A stretch of DNA of 44,175 nt from a virus. Lineage: Duplodnaviria > Caudoviricetes. The notes below the pieces were generated by a model, which was given only the letters and a program-made list of their open reading frames with translations, searched no databases and was not told where the DNA came from. A program made the translations under genes and the position numbers. Shown piece by piece: positions 15,316-24,937 of this stretch (position 1 is its first letter; every line of letters starts with the position of its first letter). The stretch is from the IMG/VR virus record IMGVR_UViG_3300032373_001178, positions 1 through 44,175 of that record; one strand, 5' to 3'.

Positions 15316-17745
15316 ATGGCAGCAGGACATCACAATTTAGACTTGGATCGCATGAAAGCGAAAAGAACCAGCTACCCAATGCACGACATTGATCCAAAGC
15401 ACAAGGACAAGAAATGGATTCTACAATTTGTCAAGGCATTCTATTTTGACTATTTCAACCGAAAAGGGTCTCTTTTCTACAATAACAGAAGTGACTATAA
15501 TACCAGTTTAAAATATGCTATGGGCCAACAGGATATTGAACAATACAAGCTTATGGTTGGCTGTGACGACACCCAGCAATCATTTGTTGCTGCCAATTGG
15601 GACATTTTGCCAATCGTCCCAAAGTTTGTTGAGGTGACTGTTGGAAATATGCAAAAACACGAGTTCAATGTTGATTGCCAAGTTATTGACCCATCCGCTA
15701 GGGATGAGGCTAAACAAAAGCGCTATCAACTGGAGGCTCAGATTCATCTCAAAGAAACGTTGCACAAAATTGAGCAAATCGTACCGGCTAAATTTACGGA
15801 CCAGGAATCACAAGACCAACCTCAATCACTGGACGAAATTGACCTATACATGCAGCTCAAATACAAGCATAAAATGGCAATTTCTATGGAGGAAGGTCTG
15901 GACTTGATTCTTTACCTCAACGATTGGGAGCAAATGTCAGAACAAATAGATCGAGACTTGATTATATTCGGTTCTGCTGCTATCAAGGATTATTTGGACA
16001 GTAATGGTTTGCCAAGGGCAAGGCGGGTCGATCCTCGCCAGCTACTGACCTCCTTTTCAAAATCTGCATACTTCAAAGGGTGCGAGTCATTTGGCGAATT
16101 GGTAACAATGACGATTGCGGAGTTCCAGCGAAAATGCAACACCAAGTTTAGCGCCACCGAAAAAGAGAAGATAGCCGACCTGTTTAGCAACAAGAACACC
16201 AACCCGGCTATGTATGATACGCACGGTGCTTCGGGGGCAATTAGTAACGACTCAGGACTGTCAGGTGATTATCGCTTCGGCACACCTTATGACGATGTAG
16301 TCATTACAGTGTTGGACGTTGAATTTATGAGCACCAATAGTTCTACTTATGAACGAAAATCAACAAGGCACGGCAATTCCTTTACCTATAAAAAACCATA
16401 TGGATACAAGGCACCGAAGCAATCAAAACATAAGAGAGAAGTTGTTCAGCCCAAGTATAAAGTGTGGTACAAAGCACTTTGGATAGTTGGAACTGACCAC
16501 ATATTCAATGAAGGACTTGTCAATGACATGAAGGTTCCCAAAAGCAGCTTTGAAGAAGCTCTTTCAAGCTACCATGTGATTGCTCCAGGACAAGTGGATA
16601 TGAACAACGTAGCGATGGTCGAAGTAATGAGACCCATAGCAGATGACGTTCAACTAAATGTTGTCAAACTTCGACAGACCATTGCCAGGGCAAGGCAAAA
16701 AGGACTATTGATTGAAATTGGTGGACTGGAGAATATACCAAAAGGAAAAGGAGGCGAAGTATTCGAACCATTGGAACTAGTAGCTATGTACGACCAAACA
16801 GGCAACCTGCTCTATCGAAGGTTGGATGATGCAGGAAATATCCAAGCGCCCCCGATGCAAGAACTTGAAAACGGGATGGCCAGGGATGTGATGAATTACA
16901 TTGCGATTATTAATTTCTATTTCTCATTACTACGAGACGCAACCGGAATTAATGAAATAGCGGATGCCAGTACCCCGCACCCAGATATGCTAAAAGGAGT
17001 TGCTGAAATGGCAATCGCCTCAACAAACAACGCTCTCAAACATCTATTCAACGCTAGGAAATACCTGTTTGAATCATTGATAAAATCCTTAACCATACGC
17101 ATTCAGGAGACCGTTAAAACAAGAAAAATTGAAGGTTATGCCAAAGCTTTGGGGAGAACCGATGAGCGATTTATGCAAGTGAATCAGGATGTATCACTTC
17201 ACGAGATGGGCATTAAAATTGTCGATTTACCTGACGACAGGGAACGAATGATGTTTGAGCAACAACTGAGCACGTCACTACAGCTACGCCAACAATCTGG
17301 CACCGGGGGGATAACCATAGCTGACTACTATGCCGTTAAGCAATACAAGAATCTCAAAATGGCCGAACAATACTTGGCGATAATGATTCGTAGGAGAGCG
17401 CAAGAAGACGCTGCCAAGGCACAACAAGCCATAGAAAACACAACCGCAGCACAGCAAAAAAGCGCTATGGTAACGGCCCAATTGAAAAGAGATGAATTGG
17501 TCCTTGCAACTGACCAAAAAATCCGATTCGAAGAAGCAAAAGCCGAACTACAGGACAGGCTCAGTGAAAACGAGCACCAAAGGCGATTACGCGAAACCAA
17601 TGTTCAAGGCTTGATTAAAAGTGACCACCTGAATCAGACTGGAGATAATGAAGCTGGTCTCATGGCTATGAAACTAGATGGCAATGTAGAACCAAACCAA
17701 ATGACCTCATTCGAGTCACCAGCACCTGACCAAAACAGTCAATAA
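15316..17745 (+). CDS. Portal protein
   Basis: 809 aa after terL; WDILPIVPKFV, LRDATGINE..DASTP and coiled-coil C-terminus as in crAss-like/Flavobacterial portals. Confidence 0.85.
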   Translation: MAAGHHNLDLDRMKAKRTSYPMHDIDPKHKDKKWILQFVKAFYFDYFNRKGSLFYNNRSDYNTSLKYAMGQQDIEQYKLMVGCDDTQQSFVAANWDILPIVPKFVEVTVGNMQKHEFNVDCQVIDPSARDEAKQKRYQLEAQIHLKETLHKIEQIVPAKFTDQESQDQPQSLDEIDLYMQLKYKHKMAISMEEGLDLILYLNDWEQMSEQIDRDLIIFGSAAIKDYLDSNGLPRARRVDPRQLLTSFSKSAYFKGCESFGELVTMTIAEFQRKCNTKFSATEKEKIADLFSNKNTNPAMYDTHGASGAISNDSGLSGDYRFGTPYDDVVITVLDVEFMSTNSSTYERKSTRHGNSFTYKKPYGYKAPKQSKHKREVVQPKYKVWYKALWIVGTDHIFNEGLVNDMKVPKSSFEEALSSYHVIAPGQVDMNNVAMVEVMRPIADDVQLNVVKLRQTIARARQKGLLIEIGGLENIPKGKGGEVFEPLELVAMYDQTGNLLYRRLDDAGNIQAPPMQELENGMARDVMNYIAIINFYFSLLRDATGINEIADASTPHPDMLKGVAEMAIASTNNALKHLFNARKYLFESLIKSLTIRIQETVKTRKIEGYAKALGRTDERFMQVNQDVSLHEMGIKIVDLPDDRERMMFEQQLSTSLQLRQQSGTGGITIADYYAVKQYKNLKMAEQYLAIMIRRRAQEDAAKAQQAIENTTAAQQKSAMVTAQLKRDELVLATDQKIRFEEAKAELQDRLSENEHQRRLRETNVQGLIKSDHLNQTGDNEAGLMAMKLDGNVEPNQMTSFESPAPDQNSQ

Positions 17746-17773
17746 CTGTTCATCAAAATCAATTAAGAGCCTT

Positions 17774-17847
17774 TTTTGTCACCTTAATTATAAATTAACG
17801 TGACATTATTTCCTTTTATTAATATATTTACGGTACATTTTGTCACC
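17774..17847 (+). promoter_or_regulatory. TTTTGTCAC boxes upstream of scaffold/capsid genes
   Basis: TTTTGTCACC at 17774, inverted GTGACA at 17800, ATTTTGTCACC at 17837. Confidence 0.6.
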
Positions 17848-17861
17848 CTAATTGTTTAATA

Positions 17862-18935
17862 ATGGAAGAATTGGAAGATCTAAAGGCCGAAGATATTACG
17901 CTCGTTGGCAGCGAGACAGAGGAAAACGAAGCAGATGCCATCCCCGTAAACGAAGAGGAAGAACTGCCAGAAGAAACCCAGGAGGAAGATGATGCCCCAC
18001 CTGCCGAAGATGCTGCCGAACAGCCAGAGAATACCCCGACAGGAACAGAGGCTCCAGACTTCAACCAGCTTTTATCAGAGCGTTCAGAAGGCAAATTCCA
18101 ATCCTTTGAAGCACTTCAAACTCACTTAGACCAGTTAGGTCAAAATCAAAAAACGCCATCTCAGGACTTACAAAATGAGTGGGCGCAAAAATTCCTGGAT
18201 TTTAGCTCAGGTCGGACTAACGATCCAAAAACATCTATCAAAATGTTTTTGGAGACGCAACTAATGGAGCCAGACAAATTGACTTCAATGGAGGTCGTTA
18301 GACACCAAATGCAAATGTCCCACCCCGAACGCAGCGAATCTGATATTGACTTCCTGCTCAATGCCAAATACAAGTTAAACGAGGACAATTTTGAGGAAGA
18401 TGAGATTCGTCTTGGTAAACTTCAACTGGATGACGATGCACGTTCAGCTCGAAAGGAGTTGCTATCACTCCAGGAACAAATTGCTCTTCCCGAACAAGCT
18501 CCTTCCGAAACGGAAAGCCTGGAACAAATCCAACAAGCCAATGAGCAATGGCAGGGATCAGTAGAATCCGCATTGAGTGGATTTGATTCACTTGACCTAA
18601 CGGTCAACGACAAGGGAGACAAATACACCTTCGGTGTGGACAATGCCGAAGAGGTAAAAACCTCTATGCTAAACCTTCCTGCCTTTTGGTCTCGGTATAT
18701 CAACTCCGATGGCACAGAGAACATTGACAAGCTTCGGCAGGAGATGACGGTCCTCCACAATTTAGACAAGATCATCAAGGCAGTGTCCGAAAACGGTGCT
18801 TCCCGTGGTCGTGACGAAGTATTGAAAGAACGAAAGAACCCAACTGATACGGAACGAAAAGACCGGGCAGATGGAGCGTACAAAAGTGAGCTGGAGGAAA
18901 TCGCAGAAGGCTTGTCAGCCAAATTCAACAACTAA
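17862..18935 (+). CDS. Probable capsid scaffolding protein
   Basis: Very acidic low-complexity N-terminus; lies between portal and capsid. Confidence 0.65.
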   Translation: MEELEDLKAEDITLVGSETEENEADAIPVNEEEELPEETQEEDDAPPAEDAAEQPENTPTGTEAPDFNQLLSERSEGKFQSFEALQTHLDQLGQNQKTPSQDLQNEWAQKFLDFSSGRTNDPKTSIKMFLETQLMEPDKLTSMEVVRHQMQMSHPERSESDIDFLLNAKYKLNEDNFEEDEIRLGKLQLDDDARSARKELLSLQEQIALPEQAPSETESLEQIQQANEQWQGSVESALSGFDSLDLTVNDKGDKYTFGVDNAEEVKTSMLNLPAFWSRYINSDGTENIDKLRQEMTVLHNLDKIIKAVSENGASRGRDEVLKERKNPTDTERKDRADGAYKSELEEIAEGLSAKFNN

Positions 18936-18956
18936 CAATTTTAACATTCAATAACC

Positions 18957-20279
18957 ATGAGCACTACAGTAACAGGCCGGTTGAATGAGCAGTACGTAAG
19001 TACAGTAGATTTCATGCACGACAGAGAAATCTACAACAAGCTCTACAACCGCTACCACGAAGACGACATACTGTCTTTCTTTTCTGAAACAGGTCGATAC
19101 AAAGAGGCCACAGAAACTACTTTCCACCACTTTGAAAAGGACTGGATTTACCAAACGATTACCGTAGCCAACGTTGCCGGGACCGCTGGTTCTGGAAATG
19201 ACGTTACGGTCACTTTATCAGCAGCAAATCATGATTCTGGAAGGTCATTTCCAAAAATCAATGACTTGGTGCTTGTCAACAATGATAAGGTCGGTCTGGT
19301 CATTGACAAAAACATCAATGTAAGCACAGCACATACCCTTATTATCCGTCCGGTTGATCAGAGCGATGACCTTGTTTCGGCCATCAGTAATGGTGACTTG
19401 CTGGCATTCTATTCTAATGCCCACGCGGAAGGGTCTTCCCAACCCGAAGGTCTAATCTCAAAACCTCTGAGGTTTGAGGGTATTCACCAGATTTTTAAAG
19501 GCCATTATTCAGTCACAGGTTCGGAAGCGACCAACCGGATTGAGTTCAGCACATCGTCTGGAAAAATGTACTACACATTTGAAGGTGAGCATGATGCTTT
19601 TCTCAAATTCCGAATGGACGTTAGTTTTGGATTACTCTTCAATCAGCAAAGTGACGGTCTGACAGACAATCTTGGCCGAGAGGTTCGGGTGACAAAGGGA
19701 TTGGCACAATGGATTCGTGAGGAGGGTATCACTTACAACGGTGGCATTACCTCCTTGACTGACATAGATTCCATTATCAAGCAACTCGACAAACAAAGAG
19801 GGTCCAAAGAGAACCTTATGCTGCTGGGTATTAACCTGGACATCGACACTGACAATGTGTTGATTGACAAAATGGTGAATGGAGCAATCCAGTACAACTC
19901 GTTTGGCAAGGGAAATGCCCAACAAAGAGCTGTTGATTTAGGATTTAACAGCTTCCGAAAAGGCAGTTATACCTTCCACAAGAAATGTGTGGACGCTTTT
20001 AATCACCCCAATGTATCAAGCGCTAGTAACTACACTTGGCCGAACAAAGGCTTTATAATCCCAACCGATAAAGGCAGGGATGTGAAGAGCGGCAAAGAGC
20101 TTGACTCAATGTGTGTTCGCTACAAAAAAGCACCGCACATGAATCGAATGTATATACACAAATTAGGTGGGTTGCTGGCACCACACCCAACCAACGATGT
20201 GGATGAGCTTTCATTCGAATACCTGTGCGAAAAAGGATTGCAGTGCTTCGGCCTTAACCGATTCGTGATTCTGGAATAA
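18957..20279 (+). CDS. Major capsid protein
   Basis: 440 aa; position; EGS..P, QIFK..Y.VTGS, TKGL..WI, and C-terminal E.GLQ.FG.N.F; followed by a terminator. Confidence 0.85.
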   Translation: MSTTVTGRLNEQYVSTVDFMHDREIYNKLYNRYHEDDILSFFSETGRYKEATETTFHHFEKDWIYQTITVANVAGTAGSGNDVTVTLSAANHDSGRSFPKINDLVLVNNDKVGLVIDKNINVSTAHTLIIRPVDQSDDLVSAISNGDLLAFYSNAHAEGSSQPEGLISKPLRFEGIHQIFKGHYSVTGSEATNRIEFSTSSGKMYYTFEGEHDAFLKFRMDVSFGLLFNQQSDGLTDNLGREVRVTKGLAQWIREEGITYNGGITSLTDIDSIIKQLDKQRGSKENLMLLGINLDIDTDNVLIDKMVNGAIQYNSFGKGNAQQRAVDLGFNSFRKGSYTFHKKCVDAFNHPNVSSASNYTWPNKGFIIPTDKGRDVKSGKELDSMCVRYKKAPHMNRMYIHKLGGLLAPHPTNDVDELSFEYLCEKGLQCFGLNRFVILE

Positions 20280-20289
20280 TATAGGAAGC

Positions 20290-20332
20290 AAGGGGGCCGG
20301 ACGAGGTTCAAGTTTAGCACCGGCCCCTTTTT
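20290..20332 (+). terminator. Intrinsic terminator after capsid gene
   Basis: AAGGGGGCCGG...CCGGCCCCTT-TTTT. Confidence 0.7.
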
Positions 20333-20355
20333 GACAACCATTAACCATTTATACA

Positions 20356-21186
20356 ATGACAACCATTAGCAAAAAATTAAAGGTGACAATGCCCAAGGAA
20401 ATCATCACCTATCGGGTATTGAATATCAAACCTGACAAGGTGAACAAGGGCCGTCTCAAAATGTCCTCAATGATAAATGTCCCGGCATTCGATACCATTT
20501 TTGACCAGGGAGACAATGAGGTCAAACCGATAAAGTATGTCGCACAGGTGCGCATGACCACAGACCGAGAAGGTAAGCCACACAACATTGAGATTCCAGG
20601 GGATATTTTCTTTGAACGTGACAATCAGGGAATGATTCACATCCGACCTGAGAACAAAAGAGATCTCGCACTTTACCAATATTTGGAAATCTGCAATTTC
20701 AACAAGTCCAACCCGAACCGTGACGAAAAGGTCGTCCCTATTTTCGAGCGAATCGACAAACGACAGGATGCGAAAAAGGATTTCGAGAAATCCGTCCAGG
20801 CTAATGAAGCCATAGCCCTTGCCCTCAATATGCCTTACGAGGAATTGAAAACGTTTGCCGAAGAAATGAAGGTTGATACTAAGCGGGACGCTTATGAAGT
20901 GCGCATGTCCATGAAGGTAATGGCAGAAAAGAACCCTACGCTCTTTATCTCAAAAAGCAAGGTCGAACTAGGCACAACCCTCTCTGCCCAAATCAATGAA
21001 GCCGTTGAACGAAAGTTATTCAGTTGGAATGACAAAGACCGCAAGTGGCAATGGCTACCAAATAAAATTCTGATTCTGGCAGTCGAGCCAGGAAAAGATG
21101 AAACCGAGGCTTTGATTTCGTACTTCACCGAAACGGAGAAAGGCCAAACAACCTGGAAGAAAATTCTGGACAAATTCAAGAAGTAA
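20356..21186 (+). CDS. Conserved phage protein downstream of major capsid
   Basis: 276 aa; position immediately after the capsid gene. Confidence 0.75.
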   Translation: MTTISKKLKVTMPKEIITYRVLNIKPDKVNKGRLKMSSMINVPAFDTIFDQGDNEVKPIKYVAQVRMTTDREGKPHNIEIPGDIFFERDNQGMIHIRPENKRDLALYQYLEICNFNKSNPNRDEKVVPIFERIDKRQDAKKDFEKSVQANEAIALALNMPYEELKTFAEEMKVDTKRDAYEVRMSMKVMAEKNPTLFISKSKVELGTTLSAQINEAVERKLFSWNDKDRKWQWLPNKILILAVEPGKDETEALISYFTETEKGQTTWKKILDKFKK

Positions 21187-21194
21187 CATTTCCC

Positions 21195-21235
21195 AGGGCG
21201 ACCAGTCCGCAAAGCCGGATATGGTCGCCCTTTTT
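21195..21235 (+). terminator. Intrinsic terminator
   Basis: AGGGCGACCA...TGGTCGCCCT-TTTT. Confidence 0.75.
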
Positions 21236-21245
21236 ATAAAGATTT

Positions 21246-22472
21246 ATGCCACTACCTACTAGCCCCGACATAGAGGTTGTTTTCGACCTCAAAGCTGACT
21301 TTCCAATATTCAAAGTGACGGATGTTACCGACTATGCCGGTGCTACTGAAACACTCACTGGAGGCTTTATAACGATCATCGACCCAAACGGAACAGTAAT
21401 TTACAGCACTCCAAATGGTGCTCCCGATTTCCTTCCAAATGCGTTAACCTTTGATCAGGTTCTCATTCCTACTGACCTGGAGGAAAAAGTGATTCAAGGA
21501 AGTTATCTTTTTCAGTACAAGGCTGAGACTACCAACAATCCACAGGGATTTCAATTAGAGGTCGCGTTTGACTTCAATTTTAAATCGCCAAACCCAACAG
21601 TGGAGCACGAATTGGATTGCTTTATTGCTCGGCTGCGCTCCAAAGACACGACCAACTATACAGTCAACAACATTGAACCAACCATCGGGCGGGTACACCA
21701 AATTTTTTATCCGGCATTTCTGGAGCTTCCGACCCTCTCCTCCGCAAGCCCCATTTTGGATATTAATTATCCTAATCTGCATGAAGGAACATATTCCATC
21801 AAACTTACCTCCACTCTTGTCTATGATTTCCCTGGAGCATTTAGTGTTTGTACAGAAGTAGAATTGATTAGAAATATCACAGTTAAGTGCGATACAAACC
21901 TGTGTAAAATATACTGCTGCATTCGGTCACTCAAACTAAGACTGGCGAGACTAAAATGCGCAAATCCAACGGAGTACCTGCGCGAGAATAAGCTGCTTGC
22001 TCAGGTGACAGCCTTGATGGTTCTTTTTAACCAATCAAGCAAGTGCGGAAAACCAGAAGATGCAACGAGCTATCTCACGGAGATTTTAGAAATAACTGGA
22101 TGTGAAGAGGGCTGCAAATGTGGAGGATGTAGCGAGAACCAACCCCAACAAATTAAGCCCTATGCGCAACAAGTAAACACCTCCAGCTCTTGCAATGCTT
22201 TCACCAAAAACTTTTCAGTTCCCGGCACTTACCTACAGGGCGATTGGCTAACAATTGTTACTCCAACTGAGGCCACTACAGCTAATATCAGCCATGCCAC
22301 CTACAATATCTATGAACGAATAGACCCTGATGGTTCCCAAACCACAGAGTACCAACAGGACGCAGTACTCTTGGCTAAAGTAACTGCTGTTAGAAGAATT
22401 GTTCAAACAAATGAATGGCAAGCGCAATTTGCTGCAGTCGGTGATTATGCGATAGTTCTAGTTGGTGGATAA
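21246..22472 (+). CDS. Putative virion protein with Cys-rich segment
   Basis: 408 aa; beta-rich N-terminus, then CDTNLCKIYCC...CEEGCKCGGC. Confidence 0.65.
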   Translation: MPLPTSPDIEVVFDLKADFPIFKVTDVTDYAGATETLTGGFITIIDPNGTVIYSTPNGAPDFLPNALTFDQVLIPTDLEEKVIQGSYLFQYKAETTNNPQGFQLEVAFDFNFKSPNPTVEHELDCFIARLRSKDTTNYTVNNIEPTIGRVHQIFYPAFLELPTLSSASPILDINYPNLHEGTYSIKLTSTLVYDFPGAFSVCTEVELIRNITVKCDTNLCKIYCCIRSLKLRLARLKCANPTEYLRENKLLAQVTALMVLFNQSSKCGKPEDATSYLTEILEITGCEEGCKCGGCSENQPQQIKPYAQQVNTSSSCNAFTKNFSVPGTYLQGDWLTIVTPTEATTANISHATYNIYERIDPDGSQTTEYQQDAVLLAKVTAVRRIVQTNEWQAQFAAVGDYAIVLVGG

Positions 22473-23158
22473 TGGACATTAACACCGCATACGAATTTGT
22501 CAAAGACTTGGCGAACAAGGACCAGAAAGGGTACTTGCCTTCCATAAAATTCAACCGTTATGCAGAACGTGCGCAAATGGAGGTATTTATGATTCGATAT
22601 GGCAACCCCCATGAATACCAACCTGGAAGACCTATTCCACGCATGGCATTTTCCACAACTCAGAAAATGAGTGATGATTTGCGGCCATTTCTCAATCGCT
22701 CACGGTTAAATATTAGTCGATATGGTCAGTGTGTACTTCCCAAGGATTATGTTCATCCCACAAGCATCCGATACAAGCTCACAAGCAGCCGGGGCACTAA
22801 AGAAGTCCCTATAAAAATACTTTCAGAGGACAAGCTTTCATACAGATTGGCAAGCGCAATAGTTGCGCCTTCTAAGGAGTACCCGGTTTGTACTTTCTAC
22901 GACAGTTTCGTTCAATTCTATCCTGAAAACTTGAACACCGTTTCCTTCACTTATTTGAGGCGACCGAACAAACCGGAATGGGCCTATACCATCCTAAATG
23001 GCAGAGAAGTCTACGATCCTTCGAACTCCGTAGACTGGGAATTTCCTGATGATGTTCACAATGAGCTGGTGATGCGAGTCCTCAGTTATTTGGGTATACG
23101 AATCAGGGAAGCTGAATTAACGCAATATGCAGAACTAAAAGCAGGTAAAGGGATATGA
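22472..23158 (+). CDS. Putative tail tubular/ring (adaptor) protein
   Basis: 228 aa; NKDQKGY..FN..A..AQ, YLRRP.KPEW, size and position as in Bacteroidetes podophage ring proteins. Confidence 0.65.
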   Translation: MDINTAYEFVKDLANKDQKGYLPSIKFNRYAERAQMEVFMIRYGNPHEYQPGRPIPRMAFSTTQKMSDDLRPFLNRSRLNISRYGQCVLPKDYVHPTSIRYKLTSSRGTKEVPIKILSEDKLSYRLASAIVAPSKEYPVCTFYDSFVQFYPENLNTVSFTYLRRPNKPEWAYTILNGREVYDPSNSVDWEFPDDVHNELVMRVLSYLGIRIREAELTQYAELKAGKGI

Positions 23159-23790
23159 GCGGGACCAGCACAAAACGAATGATAGCGGAACAAGTGCTAA
23201 GACGACTCTCTGGAGGAGATATTAGCCAAGATACCGATTTTGATTTCCGGGAAATCATTTTGCTCATTGAGCAAGCCGTGAACCTCTTAGTGAAGGCCAA
23301 TATATTTGATTCACTCAGGTATGGCGCAACCGAAATTGGTGCTCAGTACATTTCGTCTTTTCGCAATGTACCCGTCCAATTTGACGAAAGTATCAATCTG
23401 GCATTTTCCGAGGTTCCTTGCAACTACATCGACCTGCCACAGCAACGAGGCATTTATCAGGTAAGCCCCATGCAGGACCAATTTCAATCCTTCATTCCTG
23501 TTGGTCCGGGGTTCCTGAATCTATATAGCCGAAACCCCGCTGGCAGGTTAGAGGGGCAGGTTGGGTATTGGCCGGAACAGCTACGAATTTACTATACAAG
23601 AAACATCCTGAAAGAGGGGTGCAAAAACATCCTGCTAAAGATTGTGGTTCCCTCGCCCGAAATGGTTGGTGATGACGACCCCTATCCTATTGGAAGCGAT
23701 CTGGAGCTGCCAGTTATTCAAAAGGTTTTGGAATTGCTTGGCGTAAGAGTCCAGGCAGACGATACAAACGACAATTCAAATGCACGGTAA
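23155..23790 (+). CDS. Putative tail ring/structural protein
   Basis: 211 aa, translationally coupled; DD.YPI..D and D..ND C-terminus. Confidence 0.6.
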   Translation: MSGTSTKRMIAEQVLRRLSGGDISQDTDFDFREIILLIEQAVNLLVKANIFDSLRYGATEIGAQYISSFRNVPVQFDESINLAFSEVPCNYIDLPQQRGIYQVSPMQDQFQSFIPVGPGFLNLYSRNPAGRLEGQVGYWPEQLRIYYTRNILKEGCKNILLKIVVPSPEMVGDDDPYPIGSDLELPVIQKVLELLGVRVQADDTNDNSNAR

Positions 23791-24936
23791 ATGAGCCAGT
23801 ATCAAACCATAATGGAAATTGTTGATACCGTCCTTATCGACATTGGTGAACAAACGAACCATCAAGCTCCGAAATATCTCAATTGGGCGCTTCGCGGTTT
23901 AAAGGAGCTTCAATTCGACACACACGCTGCACCAAGGGAAATCAACATTCTGATGAATGCCAATAAAACAGTGTCGTTCCCCTCTGACTACATAGATTGG
24001 GTTGAGGTAGGAATTTGGGTTGGCAACCAGGTATTCCCTCTGGCATTTAATTCCAAATTGGTAACATCCTACGGAAGGGACAACTGCGGAAACCCTACTA
24101 TCCAAACAGCCCGAAAAGATAGTTATCACCGGGATAGTGGCCATTATTACTACGGTGGCTATGTCTTCAATGAGTCAAGCAATCACACCGGCTTTACCTC
24201 TGGAAACCTGTGCTACAATTACGGATACTTTGATGTGGACGATGAACGCGGTTGGTTCACATTTTCTTCGGAAGTACCAACCGGAACCATCCACCTTAAA
24301 TACCTAACGAATGGGATCAACGCAACCGGTGATTCATTGGTTCACACCTATGCTGCCGAGGCACTGACCTCTTACATTCACTGGAAGCGAAAACAACATG
24401 GCGACAAGTTCTCAGCGAATGAAAGAGAGCACGAACGCCAGCTCTACTACAATGAGTTGCGGAAGGCAAAAGCCCGACTTAGCGGAATCACCGTGTTAGG
24501 TGTCCTACAAGCATTGCAAAAAGGATTCTTAAAGCGACAGTTGGCCCCAGCCTACATGGGAGCACCTGAGCAACAAAAGGCGGTAGAATCATGCACCGAC
24601 CCGTTCATCCAATCCAAAGACGATATGCCAAAAAGGTATTGGGGAATATCCCAACAGGGAACCCTCCAGGACACAGCGGAAATATTGACGCTCCAGAACT
24701 CGGAATTTGCCAATGACAGGTATACCTCAAAAACACTGGATGCCACCGGAGGATATTACCTGTACTTCAGCTATCCCGTTGAATGGGGAGAAGCCAATTT
24801 CATTTTCAATGGGTTTCCAACAGCATTTCTGCAAGGGGTCGTCAGTTTTCAAGAATTGAACAACACCATCGACTACTATGTCTATCGCTCATTGAATCTT
24901 CAAAATGGGAATTCTCTAACGGTTACTATTCAATAA
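23791..24936 (+). CDS. Putative tail ring protein with C-terminal extension
   Basis: First ~245 aa ring-like (A.RGL.EL.FD, FPSDYIDWV, AAEAL..YI, AKARLS), plus a ~130-aa beta domain. Confidence 0.6.
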   Translation: MSQYQTIMEIVDTVLIDIGEQTNHQAPKYLNWALRGLKELQFDTHAAPREINILMNANKTVSFPSDYIDWVEVGIWVGNQVFPLAFNSKLVTSYGRDNCGNPTIQTARKDSYHRDSGHYYYGGYVFNESSNHTGFTSGNLCYNYGYFDVDDERGWFTFSSEVPTGTIHLKYLTNGINATGDSLVHTYAAEALTSYIHWKRKQHGDKFSANEREHERQLYYNELRKAKARLSGITVLGVLQALQKGFLKRQLAPAYMGAPEQQKAVESCTDPFIQSKDDMPKRYWGISQQGTLQDTAEILTLQNSEFANDRYTSKTLDATGGYYLYFSYPVEWGEANFIFNGFPTAFLQGVVSFQELNNTIDYYVYRSLNLQNGNSLTVTIQ

Positions 24937-24937
24937 G

